DNA of 39,222 bases from Magnetococcales bacterium (GCA_015228995.1 JADGCM010000002.1:1-39222), one strand, 5' to 3'. Positions 13,596 to 22,256 are shown, numbered from the stretch's first letter. Program-made: numbers and translations. The notes: a model not told the origin generated them from the sequence alone.

Positions 13596-13949
13596 TTATG
13601 AATAGCTACACCCTCCACCTGTTTTAGGCGAGAATGAATTGCCGCAGCCGCAGCTGCTGGCGGCATTGGGGTTGTTGATGACGAATTGCGAACCGTTCAA
13701 ACTCTCAACAAAATCAATTTCAACCCCATTCAGGTATTTGATGGAGACCGGGTCAACCAGCACCTGAACGGTCTCAGCATTGATGATCATATCTCCTTCT
13801 TCTTGGTTTTCATCGAAGGTAAAACCATATTGAAACCCGGAACAGCCCCCACCGGAGACAAAAATCCTGAATTTCAGGTTGGGATTGTTCTCTTCCTTGA
13901 TGAGGCTGTCCAGCTTTTGGACCGCACTGTTGGTCAATGTCAGCGACAT
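13596..13949 (-). CDS. erpA: Iron-sulfur cluster insertion protein (A-type carrier, ErpA/IscA family)
   Basis: ATG at 13949 preceded by GAGGAG. Has [22 protein letters not shown] and the C-terminal SCGCGNSFS cysteine motif. Confidence 0.85.
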   Translation of the reverse strand: MSLTLTNSAVQKLDSLIKEENNPNLKFRIFVSGGGCSGFQYGFTFDENQEEGDMIINAETVQVLVDPVSIKYLNGVEIDFVESLNGSQFVINNPNAASSCGCGNSFSPKTGGGCSYS

Positions 13950-14053
13950 GAAACAAACTCCTCTTATTAGCAATGCAGAATGGCCAGAAAAATAGTCGTT
14001 ATTGGCTTAATAACTGCATCAACCGATGACGACCCAGAAAGACAACAACAAGA

Positions 14054-14728
14054 TTGAGAGGATCCTATTGCGTGGAACAACAGACGGTTGTATTGATCCA
14101 TGGCCTCTGGATGCCTGGATGGGAGATGCTGTTGCTGCGCCACCGACTGCGACGTATGGGGTACCGCACACTCCTGTTCAATTATGCCACAATCCGTAAG
14201 AGCGTAACAGAGCACGCGGACGATCTGTTTATTTTTTTGCAGCAGCAGACGACAGCGCCGGTTTATCTGATTGGCCATAGCCTGGGTGGGGTGGTGGCTA
14301 TTGCGCTGTTGCAACGCTATCCACAGGCATTGATTGATCGCGTCGTGGTCCTGGGACCGCCGTTGCGGGGCAGCCGCATGGCTCGTACCGTTGCTGCCTG
14401 GGGCAGGGGCTTTCGTCAACTATTTGGCCGCAGCTTTGAGGGTGCCTTAAATGGGGAGGCTGTGGGTTCCGTGCCAACCGGACGATGTGTGGGGGTGATT
14501 GCCGGGACGTTGTCTTGGGGCATTAGTTGGCTTATTCGTGCCTTGCCACGACCTAACGATGGCTTGGTCGCTGCCGATGAGACCCATATTATTGGGACCT
14601 GTGATCACATTTTATATAACGTTAGCCATTTAGGCCTGTTGTTGTCGTCGCATGTGGCGCGGCAAATTCACTATTTTTTTGCTAGCGGTCGTTTTGGGGC
14701 GCGGGAGCGGCGTTGCTATGAGCAATAA
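14054..14728 (+). CDS. Alpha/beta-fold hydrolase (esterase/lipase-like)
   Basis: VVLIHGLWMPGW plus the nucleophile elbow LIGHSLGG. The start is uncertain (TTG 14054 or GTG ~14072). Confidence 0.6.
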   Translation: MRGSYCVEQQTVVLIHGLWMPGWEMLLLRHRLRRMGYRTLLFNYATIRKSVTEHADDLFIFLQQQTTAPVYLIGHSLGGVVAIALLQRYPQALIDRVVVLGPPLRGSRMARTVAAWGRGFRQLFGRSFEGALNGEAVGSVPTGRCVGVIAGTLSWGISWLIRALPRPNDGLVAADETHIIGTCDHILYNVSHLGLLLSSHVARQIHYFFASGRFGARERRCYEQ

Positions 14729-15248
14729 TCACGGCCGTATCTTGGTGTTGACGGGCAACGGCAAAGGTAAATCATCCAGTGCTTTTGGTATGGTGATGCG
14801 GGCGGCTGGTTGGGGGATGCGCGTTGTTGTGGTCCAGTTTCTCAAGGGATCAACTTGGCAAACTGGTGAACAGCGAACGGCGCGCCGCCTAGAAGAAGTA
14901 GAGTGGCATGTGATGGGCAATGGCTTTACTTGGCAGCATGGTGACCAAACCCAAGATAAGCTATGTGCGGAACAGGCGTGGTTATTGGCCCGTGACAAAT
15001 TACGTGACGATGCCTACCATTTGTGTGTGTTGGATGAAATCCATACTGCTATCGAACTGGGTTGGGTCGATGTGACGGCGGTGTTGCAATGCATTACGCA
15101 GGAGAGGGTACCGAATCAGCATCTGGTATTGACCGGGCGCAATGCCCCGGCGGAGTTGCTGGCATTGGCCGACACCGTCACCGAAATGCGTGAGGTGAAA
15201 CACGGCTTTCAACATGGGTTGCGTGCCGTCAGAGGAATCGAATTTTAG
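14718..15248 (+). CDS. cobO: Cob(I)yrinic acid a,c-diamide adenosyltransferase
   Basis: The ATG at 14718 gives MSNNHGRILVLTGNGKGKSSSAFG...VVVVQFLKG...GFTW...CVLDEI...LVLTGRNAP...VTEMREVKH...GIEF, the CobO/BtuR pattern. Confidence 0.85.
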   Translation: MSNNHGRILVLTGNGKGKSSSAFGMVMRAAGWGMRVVVVQFLKGSTWQTGEQRTARRLEEVEWHVMGNGFTWQHGDQTQDKLCAEQAWLLARDKLRDDAYHLCVLDEIHTAIELGWVDVTAVLQCITQERVPNQHLVLTGRNAPAELLALADTVTEMREVKHGFQHGLRAVRGIEF

Positions 15249-16204
15249 TGCTGGGGCGCTGGATTTTACTGGTTGGGCTATTGTTGTTGTCGTTGTTTCT
15301 GGCGCTGAGTTATGGCTCGGTCCCGGTGCTGCCGTTGTTACAACACCCCGATCCGTCACAGCAACAACTGGGCTGGACGATTCTGTGGCAGTTGCGACTG
15401 CCACGGCTGGTCCATGTGGCGGTCGTTGGTGCTTCACTGGCTTTGTCCGGTGGCCTGTTGCAGGTGTTGTTGCGTAACCCGCTGGCGGATCCTTACATTC
15501 TCGGTGTTTCGGGTGGGGCCTCCTGTGCCGCCTTGCTGGCCTTGTCTCTGGGTTGGCAATGGTCTAGTGGCCATGTCGAACTGGCCGCCATGACCGGGGC
15601 TCTGGTGGCTATGGCGGCTGTGCTGCTGTTGTGCCGGGGCGCCAGCGGTTGGCAGCCGGCACGGCTATTGTTGACCGGTGCGGCGCTGTCATCGGTCTGG
15701 AGTGCCCTGATCACTCTGTTGTTGACCCTATCTGCTGATGGTCAGACAAGGGGATTGTTGTTCTGGTTGATGGGCGATTTTGACGAGCCAGGCTACCCGG
15801 TGCTGCTGCCGATCGTATTGGTCATCAGCTTGTTGTTGCTGTGGCCGCAGCGGCAAGCGCTCAACTTACTAGCGCAGGGGGAGTTGTTGGCGACGACGCT
15901 GGGCGTGGCGGTCAAACAGCTCAGTTGGCTGCTTTATCTAACAGCTTCGCTGTTGGTGGCAGCGGCGGTTACCAGTGCCGGTGGCATCGGCTTCATCGGC
16001 TTGATCACGCCGCACCTGATGCGACTATTGGGCTGGCGGGATCATCGTATCTTGTTGCCAGCTTTGCTGCCGGCCGGAGCCATCCTGTTGTTGTGGGCCG
16101 ATACCATTGCCCGCACCGCCTGGGCGCCACAGCAGCTACCGATCGGGGCGATTACCGCCTTACTGGGCGCCCCATTTTTTTTGCTGCTGCTGCGCCGCTC
16201 ATGA
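15248..16204 (+). CDS. FecCD/BtuC-family ABC transporter permease (cobalamin or iron-chelate uptake)
   Basis: 318 aa, polytopic. Has LRLPRL near the N-terminus, ILGVSGGAS, and the C-terminal LPIGAITALLGAPFFLLLL. The GTG start overlaps the cobO stop. Confidence 0.75.
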   Translation: MLGRWILLVGLLLLSLFLALSYGSVPVLPLLQHPDPSQQQLGWTILWQLRLPRLVHVAVVGASLALSGGLLQVLLRNPLADPYILGVSGGASCAALLALSLGWQWSSGHVELAAMTGALVAMAAVLLLCRGASGWQPARLLLTGAALSSVWSALITLLLTLSADGQTRGLLFWLMGDFDEPGYPVLLPIVLVISLLLLWPQRQALNLLAQGELLATTLGVAVKQLSWLLYLTASLLVAAAVTSAGGIGFIGLITPHLMRLLGWRDHRILLPALLPAGAILLLWADTIARTAWAPQQLPIGAITALLGAPFFLLLLRRS

Positions 16205-17164
16205 TTCCTGTTCGAGCAATTGCCGAACATAATCTCGCAGTCCCTCTTCGAGCGAGGTAAACGGTTGATCGTAGCCGGTCTGCTGCCGTAGCTGGCTCAT
16301 ATCGGCTTCGGTAAAACTTTGGTATTTGTCGCGCAACGATTCAGGCATGGGCAGATATTCAACCTTTCCTTGACCGAGAATGGTGATCAGGGTGGAGGCA
16401 ATATCATTAAAGGAGCGGCTTTGACCGGTGCCAGCGTTAAAGACGCCATAGAGCGGTTGGGCGCGGGGCTCTGCCAAAAACAAATTGAGTTGCACCAAAT
16501 CACGCACATAAATAAAATCGCGCCGTTGCTCGCCATCACCATAGCCGCCCGAACCGCCGAATAGCTTGGCAACACCGGTGTCGCGCAGCTGCCGGTATAG
16601 CTGGTAACACATGGAAGCCATCCGCCCTTTGTGATAACGCTCTCGCGGACCATAGACGTTGAAGTAACGCAGCCCCACCACCGTGCTTTCCAGTTGTTGG
16701 TAATGACGTTGCACGTAACGGTCAAACAGCAATTTGGAATAGCCATAAACATTAAGCGGACGCTCATTAGCAGGGGCCTCAGTGAAGCAAAGGCTATCTC
16801 CGTAAGTGGCGGCGCTGGAGGCGTAGATAAGCGGAATCCGGCGGGCGATGGCAAATTGGAATAAGTCACGCGACCAAGCGAAATTATTGTCCATCATGTA
16901 ACGGCCGTCATATTCCATGGTGTCCGAACAAGCGCCTTGGTGAAAGATGGCGGTGATCGGCTGACGCTCGAATTTGCCTTGCAGCAACTGCTCACGAAAA
17001 ACACTCTTATCGAGATAATCGGCGAAAAAAAGGTCCCGTAAATTGATAAATTTTGAGCTGTTTTTTAGGTTATCCACCACCAACACATCACGTTCGCCAC
17101 GCTGATTGAGTCCGGCGACGATGTTGGCACCAATGAATCCAGCTCCTCCAGTTACAATGTACAT
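16199..17164 (-). CDS. hldD: ADP-L-glycero-D-manno-heptose 6-epimerase
   Basis: ATG at 17164 with AAGGA upstream. Has MYIVTGGAGFIGANIV, DNLKNSSKF, FHQGACSDT and YGYSKLLFD. The listed start at 17236 runs through a repeat element. Confidence 0.85.
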   Translation of the reverse strand: MYIVTGGAGFIGANIVAGLNQRGERDVLVVDNLKNSSKFINLRDLFFADYLDKSVFREQLLQGKFERQPITAIFHQGACSDTMEYDGRYMMDNNFAWSRDLFQFAIARRIPLIYASSAATYGDSLCFTEAPANERPLNVYGYSKLLFDRYVQRHYQQLESTVVGLRYFNVYGPRERYHKGRMASMCYQLYRQLRDTGVAKLFGGSGGYGDGEQRRDFIYVRDLVQLNLFLAEPRAQPLYGVFNAGTGQSRSFNDIASTLITILGQGKVEYLPMPESLRDKYQSFTEADMSQLRQQTGYDQPFTSLEEGLRDYVRQLLEQES

Positions 17165-17186
17165 TTGCAGTCCTTCGTCTTCCGGT

Positions 17187-17280
17187 AGGGTAAGGGGTGT
17201 GAACTTTCCCTCACCCCCCAACCCCCTCTCCCACAAGGGGAGAGGGGGAGTATGATGGCAGGGTAGGGGTGTTAAAATTT
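17187..17280. repeat. GC-rich REP/MITE-like element, copy E3, with flanking GGGTRAGGGGTGTKAA modules
   Basis: Core 17208-17248: CCCTCACCCCCC-AA-CCCCCTCTCCC-ACAA-GGGGAGAGGGGG. It is flanked by GGGTAAGGGGTGTGAACTTT (17187-17206) and GGGTAGGGGTGTTAAAATTT (17261-17280). Confidence 0.8.
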
Positions 17281-18208
17281 ATAAAGCGTATTGCGGTCCG
17301 CCATCGTCGATCGAGGAGATCTGAATACGCATATAATTAAATAGGTAGCCCAGAGCGGCAAAATGGAGGAAATAGCTGTTATGGAACTCGTTTTCGACCA
17401 ATTCCATGAACAGTGACCAGGGAAAATTATCCGGAATGGTGTCCTCTTTGGTTTTGGCTAATAATTTGGGGCAATGGACTGCGAAGTACTCAAATAAGTG
17501 CCAATTGAACCGAGGGTTGAGTTCATACAACAACCCCCGCTGCATCAGCAGCAGTGATAAAGGGTGCTGTTCGTAACATTTGGTCCGTTGTGGAAAGTGG
17601 TAGGTATCTTCCAACAGCTCACGGTGGCGTTGAAGCTGTGGCGATAATACCAGCACTCCGGTGCTGATGGTACGGCTTTCATCCGTGTCCATATTCTCAA
17701 GATGACGATAGAGAAAATTATTAAAACGCTTAAAATTGTGGGCTACCTCTTCCAGGGTCTGCATCGGGGCGAGGTCGTCTGGTTTGGTGCTGGCAGTGGT
17801 ACGGTCCAGGCGAATATGCTTTTCAGCCAGTGACATCTGATCATAATTGATCACCGCGCCGACCTGTTGCTGGGGTACCCCATAACATATATGGGGGGAA
17901 TGGGGGTTGATGATGATGTCGGCGTCGACCCAGATAATGCGTTGGTAGAGCTGGGACCAAGGCAGGCTGAGGATAAGACACTTCTGCCAAGCCGGGGAGC
18001 GACTCTGAGCCATGAGCGATCCGTCCAGCGGCTGTTGGATAAGGACTATATCCAGATCGTGCTTCTCGGCATAGCGGACCCAACTGGCTTTGGCCGCTCC
18101 TTCCCAGCTGTAACGGAAGGAATCGCCGATAACCAGGGTGACGATCGCCTCCTTGGCTTGAGGCAATAGCGTGTCATGAGGAGAAGAAATCAGGTGCAGT
18201 GTACTCAT
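17279..18208 (-). CDS. Putative GT-A fold glycosyltransferase (DxD motif), family unresolved
   Basis: ATG at 18208 (the listed TTG at 18217 is less likely). The block AWQKCLILSLPW..YQRIIWVDADIIINPH resembles nucleotide-diphospho-sugar transferases of the GT8/GT34 type. Its first 14 nt form the left repeat of the inserted element. Confidence 0.45.
   Translation of the reverse strand: MSTLHLISSPHDTLLPQAKEAIVTLVIGDSFRYSWEGAAKASWVRYAEKHDLDIVLIQQPLDGSLMAQSRSPAWQKCLILSLPWSQLYQRIIWVDADIIINPHSPHICYGVPQQQVGAVINYDQMSLAEKHIRLDRTTASTKPDDLAPMQTLEEVAHNFKRFNNFLYRHLENMDTDESRTISTGVLVLSPQLQRHRELLEDTYHFPQRTKCYEQHPLSLLLMQRGLLYELNPRFNWHLFEYFAVHCPKLLAKTKEDTIPDNFPWSLFMELVENEFHNSYFLHFAALGYLFNYMRIQISSIDDGGPQYAL
18195..18208. 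repeat. attL core (direct repeat)
   Basis: TGCAGTGTACTCAT. Its reverse complement ATGAGTACACTGCA is the first 14 nt of CDS 17279..18208. Confidence 0.7.
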
Positions 18209-18395
18209 AAGAAACAACCCTTATTATTTATTTATATCATCATAAAACCATGTTTTAACAAAAAAACATGTTAAAAACGAAAGTAACGACATGCAGCGTA
18301 TTGACAGTCTTAGAAGCAAGAAGCATTCCAAAACTTGAACAATACCGCGAACAATAAAAAAGATTCTTTAGGCTACTTTTTTACTATAAAAATTG

Positions 18396-18424
18396 TTGAC
18401 AAATAACTGGTATAATGCTATGAT
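18396..18424 (+). promoter_or_regulatory. Candidate sigma70 promoter of the integrase gene
   Basis: TTGACA (18396-18401), 17 nt, TATGAT (18419-18424). An extended -10, TGGTATAAT (18408-18416), is nested inside. It lies ~40 nt upstream of the int ATG. Confidence 0.5.
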
Positions 18425-18463
18425 TCGCCATCGTTTAATCAGTAATAGCACAAGGGTTACAGC

Positions 18464-19690
18464 ATGACTATAAACATCTTGACAGTGGCTAAAATCAACC
18501 ATACCAAACCTATCGACAAAATACAACATCTGTTAGATGGGGAAGGGCTGTTGTTAGAAATAAGAACAACGGGCGGGAAATACTGGCGATTTAGGTATAC
18601 CTATAATGGCAAGGCCAATTGGCTATCATTGGGGAAATATCCTTATATCACCCTAGCCGAAGCAAGACAGAAACGAATTGAGTATAAAACCATGCTCGCT
18701 CATGGGATCAACCCAAGCGATGAACGCAAAAAAGCGAAGGCAATTCAACAAAAAGCCATTAAAGCCACTACATTTGAGGATGTTGCAACAGAATGGTACA
18801 AAAAGAAAAGCACAACATGGTCAGTATCACACAGAAACGGAGTAAGCTTAAAACTAAAAAACCACATCTTGCCAATGATCGGAACAATCCCAATCGATCA
18901 AATAACCAAACAACAGATGATCGAATGCTTACGTAAGATTGAAGAAAAGGGAGTAGTTGAAACCGCTAAAAGGTCAAATGTTATTTGTAATCAAGTGTTT
19001 GAATACGCAATTATAACCAACAGAGCGACGATCAACCCAACAATCAACCTTGCACAGATTTTAACAGCCACAGAAGTTAAACACCATGCAGCCATTACAG
19101 AGCCCGACAAACTAGGGAAGCTGTTGGCTGATATTGAGGCAATGGAAGGAACAAGGGAGGTTGTCAAAGTCGCTACCCAGTTGCTACCTATGCTGTTATG
19201 CCGACCAGGGGAGTTATGCAGGGCGGAATGGTCCGAAATTGACTTTAACAAGGCAACCTGGACAATATCCGGCCATAAGATGAAAACAAAACAAGATCAT
19301 TGCGTGCCATTATCGAACCAAGCCTTGCGGCTATTCCGTAAGGCGTACGCTATCACCGGACAAGGTCAATGGGTTTTCCCAATGAAGCAAAAAACAACAG
19401 CTTGTATATGGGCAAATGAAATCAACGCCGCCCTTCGTTCGATAGGCTACGAATCAGACACCATCACCGGCCATGGGTTCCGAGCAACCGCCCGCACAAT
19501 GCTTGAGGAACAATTACACTATCCGTATGACCTGATTGAGCATCAATTAGCCCATAAGGTCAATGATCCACTAGGTAGGGCTTATAACCGCACAACCAAG
19601 CTACCAGAAAGAAAGGAAATGATACAAAAATGGGCTGATTACCTGGACCAGCTTACGATTGATGCGCAAAATCGAATCAACAAGCAATAG
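18464..19690 (+). CDS. int: Tyrosine recombinase, P4-type integrase with N-terminal arm-binding (DUF4102-like) domain
   Basis: 408 aa. LLLEIRTTGGKYWRFRYTYNGKANWLSLGKYPYITLAEARQKR, C-terminal HGFRATARTML...HQLAH...AYNRT. Confidence 0.9.
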   Translation: MTINILTVAKINHTKPIDKIQHLLDGEGLLLEIRTTGGKYWRFRYTYNGKANWLSLGKYPYITLAEARQKRIEYKTMLAHGINPSDERKKAKAIQQKAIKATTFEDVATEWYKKKSTTWSVSHRNGVSLKLKNHILPMIGTIPIDQITKQQMIECLRKIEEKGVVETAKRSNVICNQVFEYAIITNRATINPTINLAQILTATEVKHHAAITEPDKLGKLLADIEAMEGTREVVKVATQLLPMLLCRPGELCRAEWSEIDFNKATWTISGHKMKTKQDHCVPLSNQALRLFRKAYAITGQGQWVFPMKQKTTACIWANEINAALRSIGYESDTITGHGFRATARTMLEEQLHYPYDLIEHQLAHKVNDPLGRAYNRTTKLPERKEMIQKWADYLDQLTIDAQNRINKQ

Positions 19691-19703
19691 CTTATTGACA
19701 ACA

Positions 19704-19828
19704 GGCGATTGCTCACCGCTTGCGCGTCGCAATCAATCTTAAATCAGCCACACATCACGGGCGGGCTTTTGGCTACACTGCCAGCCGCCCTTATAAGGCG
19801 GGGGCGAAGTATTCCCCCGCCCCACCAT
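19704..19828 (+). repeat. Modular repeat, copy A (module 1 + two hairpins)
   Basis: GGCGATTGCTCACCGCTTGCGCGTCGCAATC (19704-19734), hairpin 19759-19790, hairpin GGCGGGGG-9nt-CCCCCGCC (19797-19821), then CCCACCAT. Homologous to 21768-21891. Confidence 0.8.
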
Positions 19829-19865
19829 AAAAACGGCAATTGAAAAGACAAGGGGTAAAAAACAA

Positions 19866-21212
19866 ATGACAGAACCAAACAATACCAACAATATCCTACC
19901 AATTGACAAAAACAAAAGAAACACAAAGACAACAACGCCAGGATTATCCTTATCATCTAAGGCGTCAATATCAAATCTTTTCAATTATTTAAGAGACAAT
20001 GAATATAAAAACAAATACAATATAAGATTCAATCTATTTATTGATCAAGCAACCATTACAACAGATGATAAACCAATGGATGATTACGACCTAAAAGTTA
20101 TAATGAAGGACATCCACGAAAAATGGACATATAGAGCAACCTTGCCAAGTATAGGAATTGCAGTGGAATTATACGCACATGAGAAAGAATATCATCCAGT
20201 AAAAACCTACTTGGAAAGTCTCCAATGGGATGGAAAAGAACGACTTAAAAGCCTGTTTATAGACTATTGCGGATCGAATTTAGCATGGCCATACGAACCA
20301 TCAAAAGAAGATGAAGAATTAGACAAAATAATTGCAACAAGATGGTTTATATCAGCAGTTGCTAGAATATATCAGCCAGGTTGCAAGGCTGATTATATGC
20401 TGATATTAGAAGGAAAACAACGAACAGGCAAAACTAGTTTCTTTGAGACTATCGGCAAACAATGGTACACAACCACCCAAACTGAAAAGATAAATGATGT
20501 TGATTTTATAAGGTCACTACATACCGGCTGGATCATCGAAATGCCAGAATTAAGCGGCTTTTCTAAGGTTGACATCAGAACACTTAAAAGCGTTATAACA
20601 ACAAATAAAGACAATGTCAGGCCATTATACGACAAATTCTATAGAAACATGAAAAGACAATGTGTATTAGCCGGAACAACAAACGAAGCACAATACCTTA
20701 AAGATGCAACAGGGGGAACAAGGTTCTGGCCAGTAAAAATATGGAAAGTAAATATAGATAAATTGAAACAAGACATTGACCAAATATGGGCAGAAGCAAC
20801 AGCAAGATACAAAAACAACGAGCAATGGTGGCCTACCGATAAGGAAATGGAATTACTACAAAAAAGACAAGAAACAAGATATGAAATAGACGTATGGGAA
20901 GACTTTATATTAAGATATATCACACAATACCCAACTTTAGAAAAAATCGATGATAAGCCTTTTGCACCTGCTAAAGTATTCTGGCATAATAGAGGCGTGC
21001 CATTACATTTTATCGCAACAACAGAACTCCTTAAAACTGCTTTTGATATTGGCATCGGGCAACAGGGAGGAGTAGAGCAAAAAAGGGTTGCTGCCATTAT
21101 GTCAAAAATCGGATGGATTCCTGGTAGAGGCAAAACACCTGAAAGCGGAAGAAGAGTTAGGGGGTACGAGCCAGAAGGAAGGATTCGCGACAAGAGAGAA
21201 GACAACGACTAA
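19866..21212 (+). CDS. VapE-family (virulence-associated protein E / D5-like P-loop NTPase) replication-type protein
   Basis: 448 aa. HPVKTYLESLQWDGKERL, Walker A LILEGKQRTGKTSFFETIG, WIIEMPEL, CVLAGTTNEAQYLKDATGGTRFWPV. AAGGGG lies upstream of the ATG. Confidence 0.85.
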   Translation: MTEPNNTNNILPIDKNKRNTKTTTPGLSLSSKASISNLFNYLRDNEYKNKYNIRFNLFIDQATITTDDKPMDDYDLKVIMKDIHEKWTYRATLPSIGIAVELYAHEKEYHPVKTYLESLQWDGKERLKSLFIDYCGSNLAWPYEPSKEDEELDKIIATRWFISAVARIYQPGCKADYMLILEGKQRTGKTSFFETIGKQWYTTTQTEKINDVDFIRSLHTGWIIEMPELSGFSKVDIRTLKSVITTNKDNVRPLYDKFYRNMKRQCVLAGTTNEAQYLKDATGGTRFWPVKIWKVNIDKLKQDIDQIWAEATARYKNNEQWWPTDKEMELLQKRQETRYEIDVWEDFILRYITQYPTLEKIDDKPFAPAKVFWHNRGVPLHFIATTELLKTAFDIGIGQQGGVEQKRVAAIMSKIGWIPGRGKTPESGRRVRGYEPEGRIRDKREDND

Positions 21213-21213
21213 A

Positions 21214-21239
21214 AAACCACGTTAAGCCATACGTGGTTT
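21214..21239 (+). terminator. Stem-loop directly after the vapE stop
   Basis: AAACCACGT-TAAGCCAT-ACGTGGTTT: 9-bp stem with A and T tracts on the two sides. It starts 2 nt after the TAA. Confidence 0.55.
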
Positions 21240-21387
21240 CTAAATTACTACGTAATTTAGAACACTACATCTTCTTATATTCTATAAGAAAGATGTAGTG
21301 GGTACGTGTCCAAAGTAAAAATGGTGCCCAGATGGCCTGATTAAAAAAAAACATCAATAAAAACAGCAATATAATAACAACAAACGG

Positions 21388-21505
21388 GGACATCAAGTGG
21401 ACACTACTGCAAATAAAACATAAAAGATGATTACAAAAAAATAATTACAAAACAACATATTACAAATAACATTCAGATAACATTTGGTGGACATCAAGTG
21501 GACAC
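21388..21505 (+). repeat. Pair of perfect 17-bp direct repeats flanking an A-rich spacer (candidate iterons)
   Basis: GGACATCAAGTGGACAC at 21388-21404 and 21489-21505. The 84 nt between them are almost pure A/T. Confidence 0.7.
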
Positions 21506-21511
21506 CAACTG

Positions 21512-21593
21512 GGCGATTGTTCACCGCTTGCGCGTCACAACTGCCCCACCATGAGCCAACAAGGGAAGAAAGCTCGCCATTGTTTCGGTATCA
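21512..21593 (+). repeat. Modular repeat, copy B (module 1 fused directly to module 3)
   Basis: GGCGATTGTTCACCGCTTGCGCGTCACAAC, then GCCCCACCATGAGCCAACAAGGGAAGAAAGCTCGCCATTGT. It lacks the hairpin modules present in copies A and C. Confidence 0.8.
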
Positions 21594-21767
21594 AGCCAAG
21601 CAGGCAACCAACCTACACACATTCCAATAAAAAGCAATATCGCATACAACCGCATAAAAAGCAGTTTTAAGCGCGACTAGATCAAGTGGCTAGGTTGCTA
21701 TTGACAACAAAGCTATCGTCGTTAATAGTGGCGTTATAGGAGGTTGTAGGCGGTATTGTGGACTATG

Positions 21768-21925
21768 GGCGATTGCTCACCGCTTGCGCGTCACAATCTT
21801 CCTACACCATAAATCAGCAACAAAGCATCGGTGGCTTGCAGTTGGCTAGCCACCCATCAGGCGGGGGTAGAGAATTCCCCCGCCCCACCATGAGCCAACA
21901 AGGGAAGAAATCTCGCAATTGTCGG
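21768..21925 (+). repeat. Modular repeat, copy C (module 1 + hairpins + module 3)
   Basis: GGCGATTGCTCACCGCTTGCGCGTCACAATC (21768-21798), hairpin 21830-21854, hairpin 21860-21884, then CCCACCATGAGCCAACAAGGGAAGAAATCTCGCAATTGT. Confidence 0.8.
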
Positions 21926-22227
21926 CATCATAAAAGATCGAATCTTGACCTTATTGTTGAATTGGCTACCACATAACATGTTGAAAGTATTACGTAATAT
22001 CTGTGGAAATAGTTATTGATTTTTAATCTGATTGCTGCGTTTTTATCTGTTTTGTGTGTCGATACACTACTAACCGCAAAACAACCAACAAAAGGAACGG
22101 GGGAAGATTACTTCAGGTTGTCGTATCAAGAGGCTAGCCAACTGTACGAAATTCGTACAGTTAAAAACAAACCATCAAACAACGGTTTAACCGTTCTTAC
22201 CCAATCCGGCTATCAAGTGACCATCAA

Positions 22228-22256
22228 CAATTGCTCACCGCTTGCGCGTCACAATC
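22228..22256 (+). repeat. Modular repeat, copy D (module 1 only)
   Basis: CAATTGCTCACCGCTTGCGCGTCACAATC. It is followed at 22305-22332 by ACAACCGC...GTTTTAAGCGCG, a module also present at 21647-21674. Confidence 0.75.

Noticed and set aside
13529-13666. N-terminal extension of the oxidoreductase ORF ([16 protein letters not shown]…SPLPLGEG…).
   Set aside because: It overlaps the erpA coding region and reads through REP-like element E2. A good RBS and ATG exist at 13528.
13967-14419. 150-aa ORF on the minus strand.
   Set aside because: It overlaps the alpha/beta hydrolase gene, which has clear catalytic motifs. It has no recognisable features and starts immediately upstream of erpA.
15000-15714. 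ORFs 15000..15437 -, 15214..15477 +, 15312..15593 + and 15493..15714 -.
   Set aside because: These are alternative-frame or antisense ORFs inside cobO and the permease gene. They are GC-rich frame noise.
17165-17236. N-terminal extension of hldD (MWERGLGGEGKFTPLTLPEDEGLQ).
   Set aside because: It is a translation of REP-like element E3. The family N-terminus MYIVTGGAGFIG starts at 17164 with an RBS.
18100-18470. A tRNA or tmRNA as the integration target of the P4-type integrase.
   Set aside because: No cloverleaf-capable, GC-rich ~75-nt segment and no CCA/T-loop (GTTCGAATC-like) motif was seen at either junction. The direct repeat instead matches a protein start. This should still be confirmed with tRNAscan-SE.
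19739-19984. Minus-strand ORFs 19739..19984 and 19744..19956.
   Set aside because: They are antisense to the vapE start and to repeat copy A. Their translations are low-complexity and hydrophobic.
19704-22256. Possible CRISPR array, because a ~30-nt motif recurs four times.
   Set aside because: The spacing is highly irregular (about 1.8 kb, 0.26 kb and 0.46 kb). One interval contains the vapE gene. The repeats are embedded in larger homologous modules. No cas genes are present.
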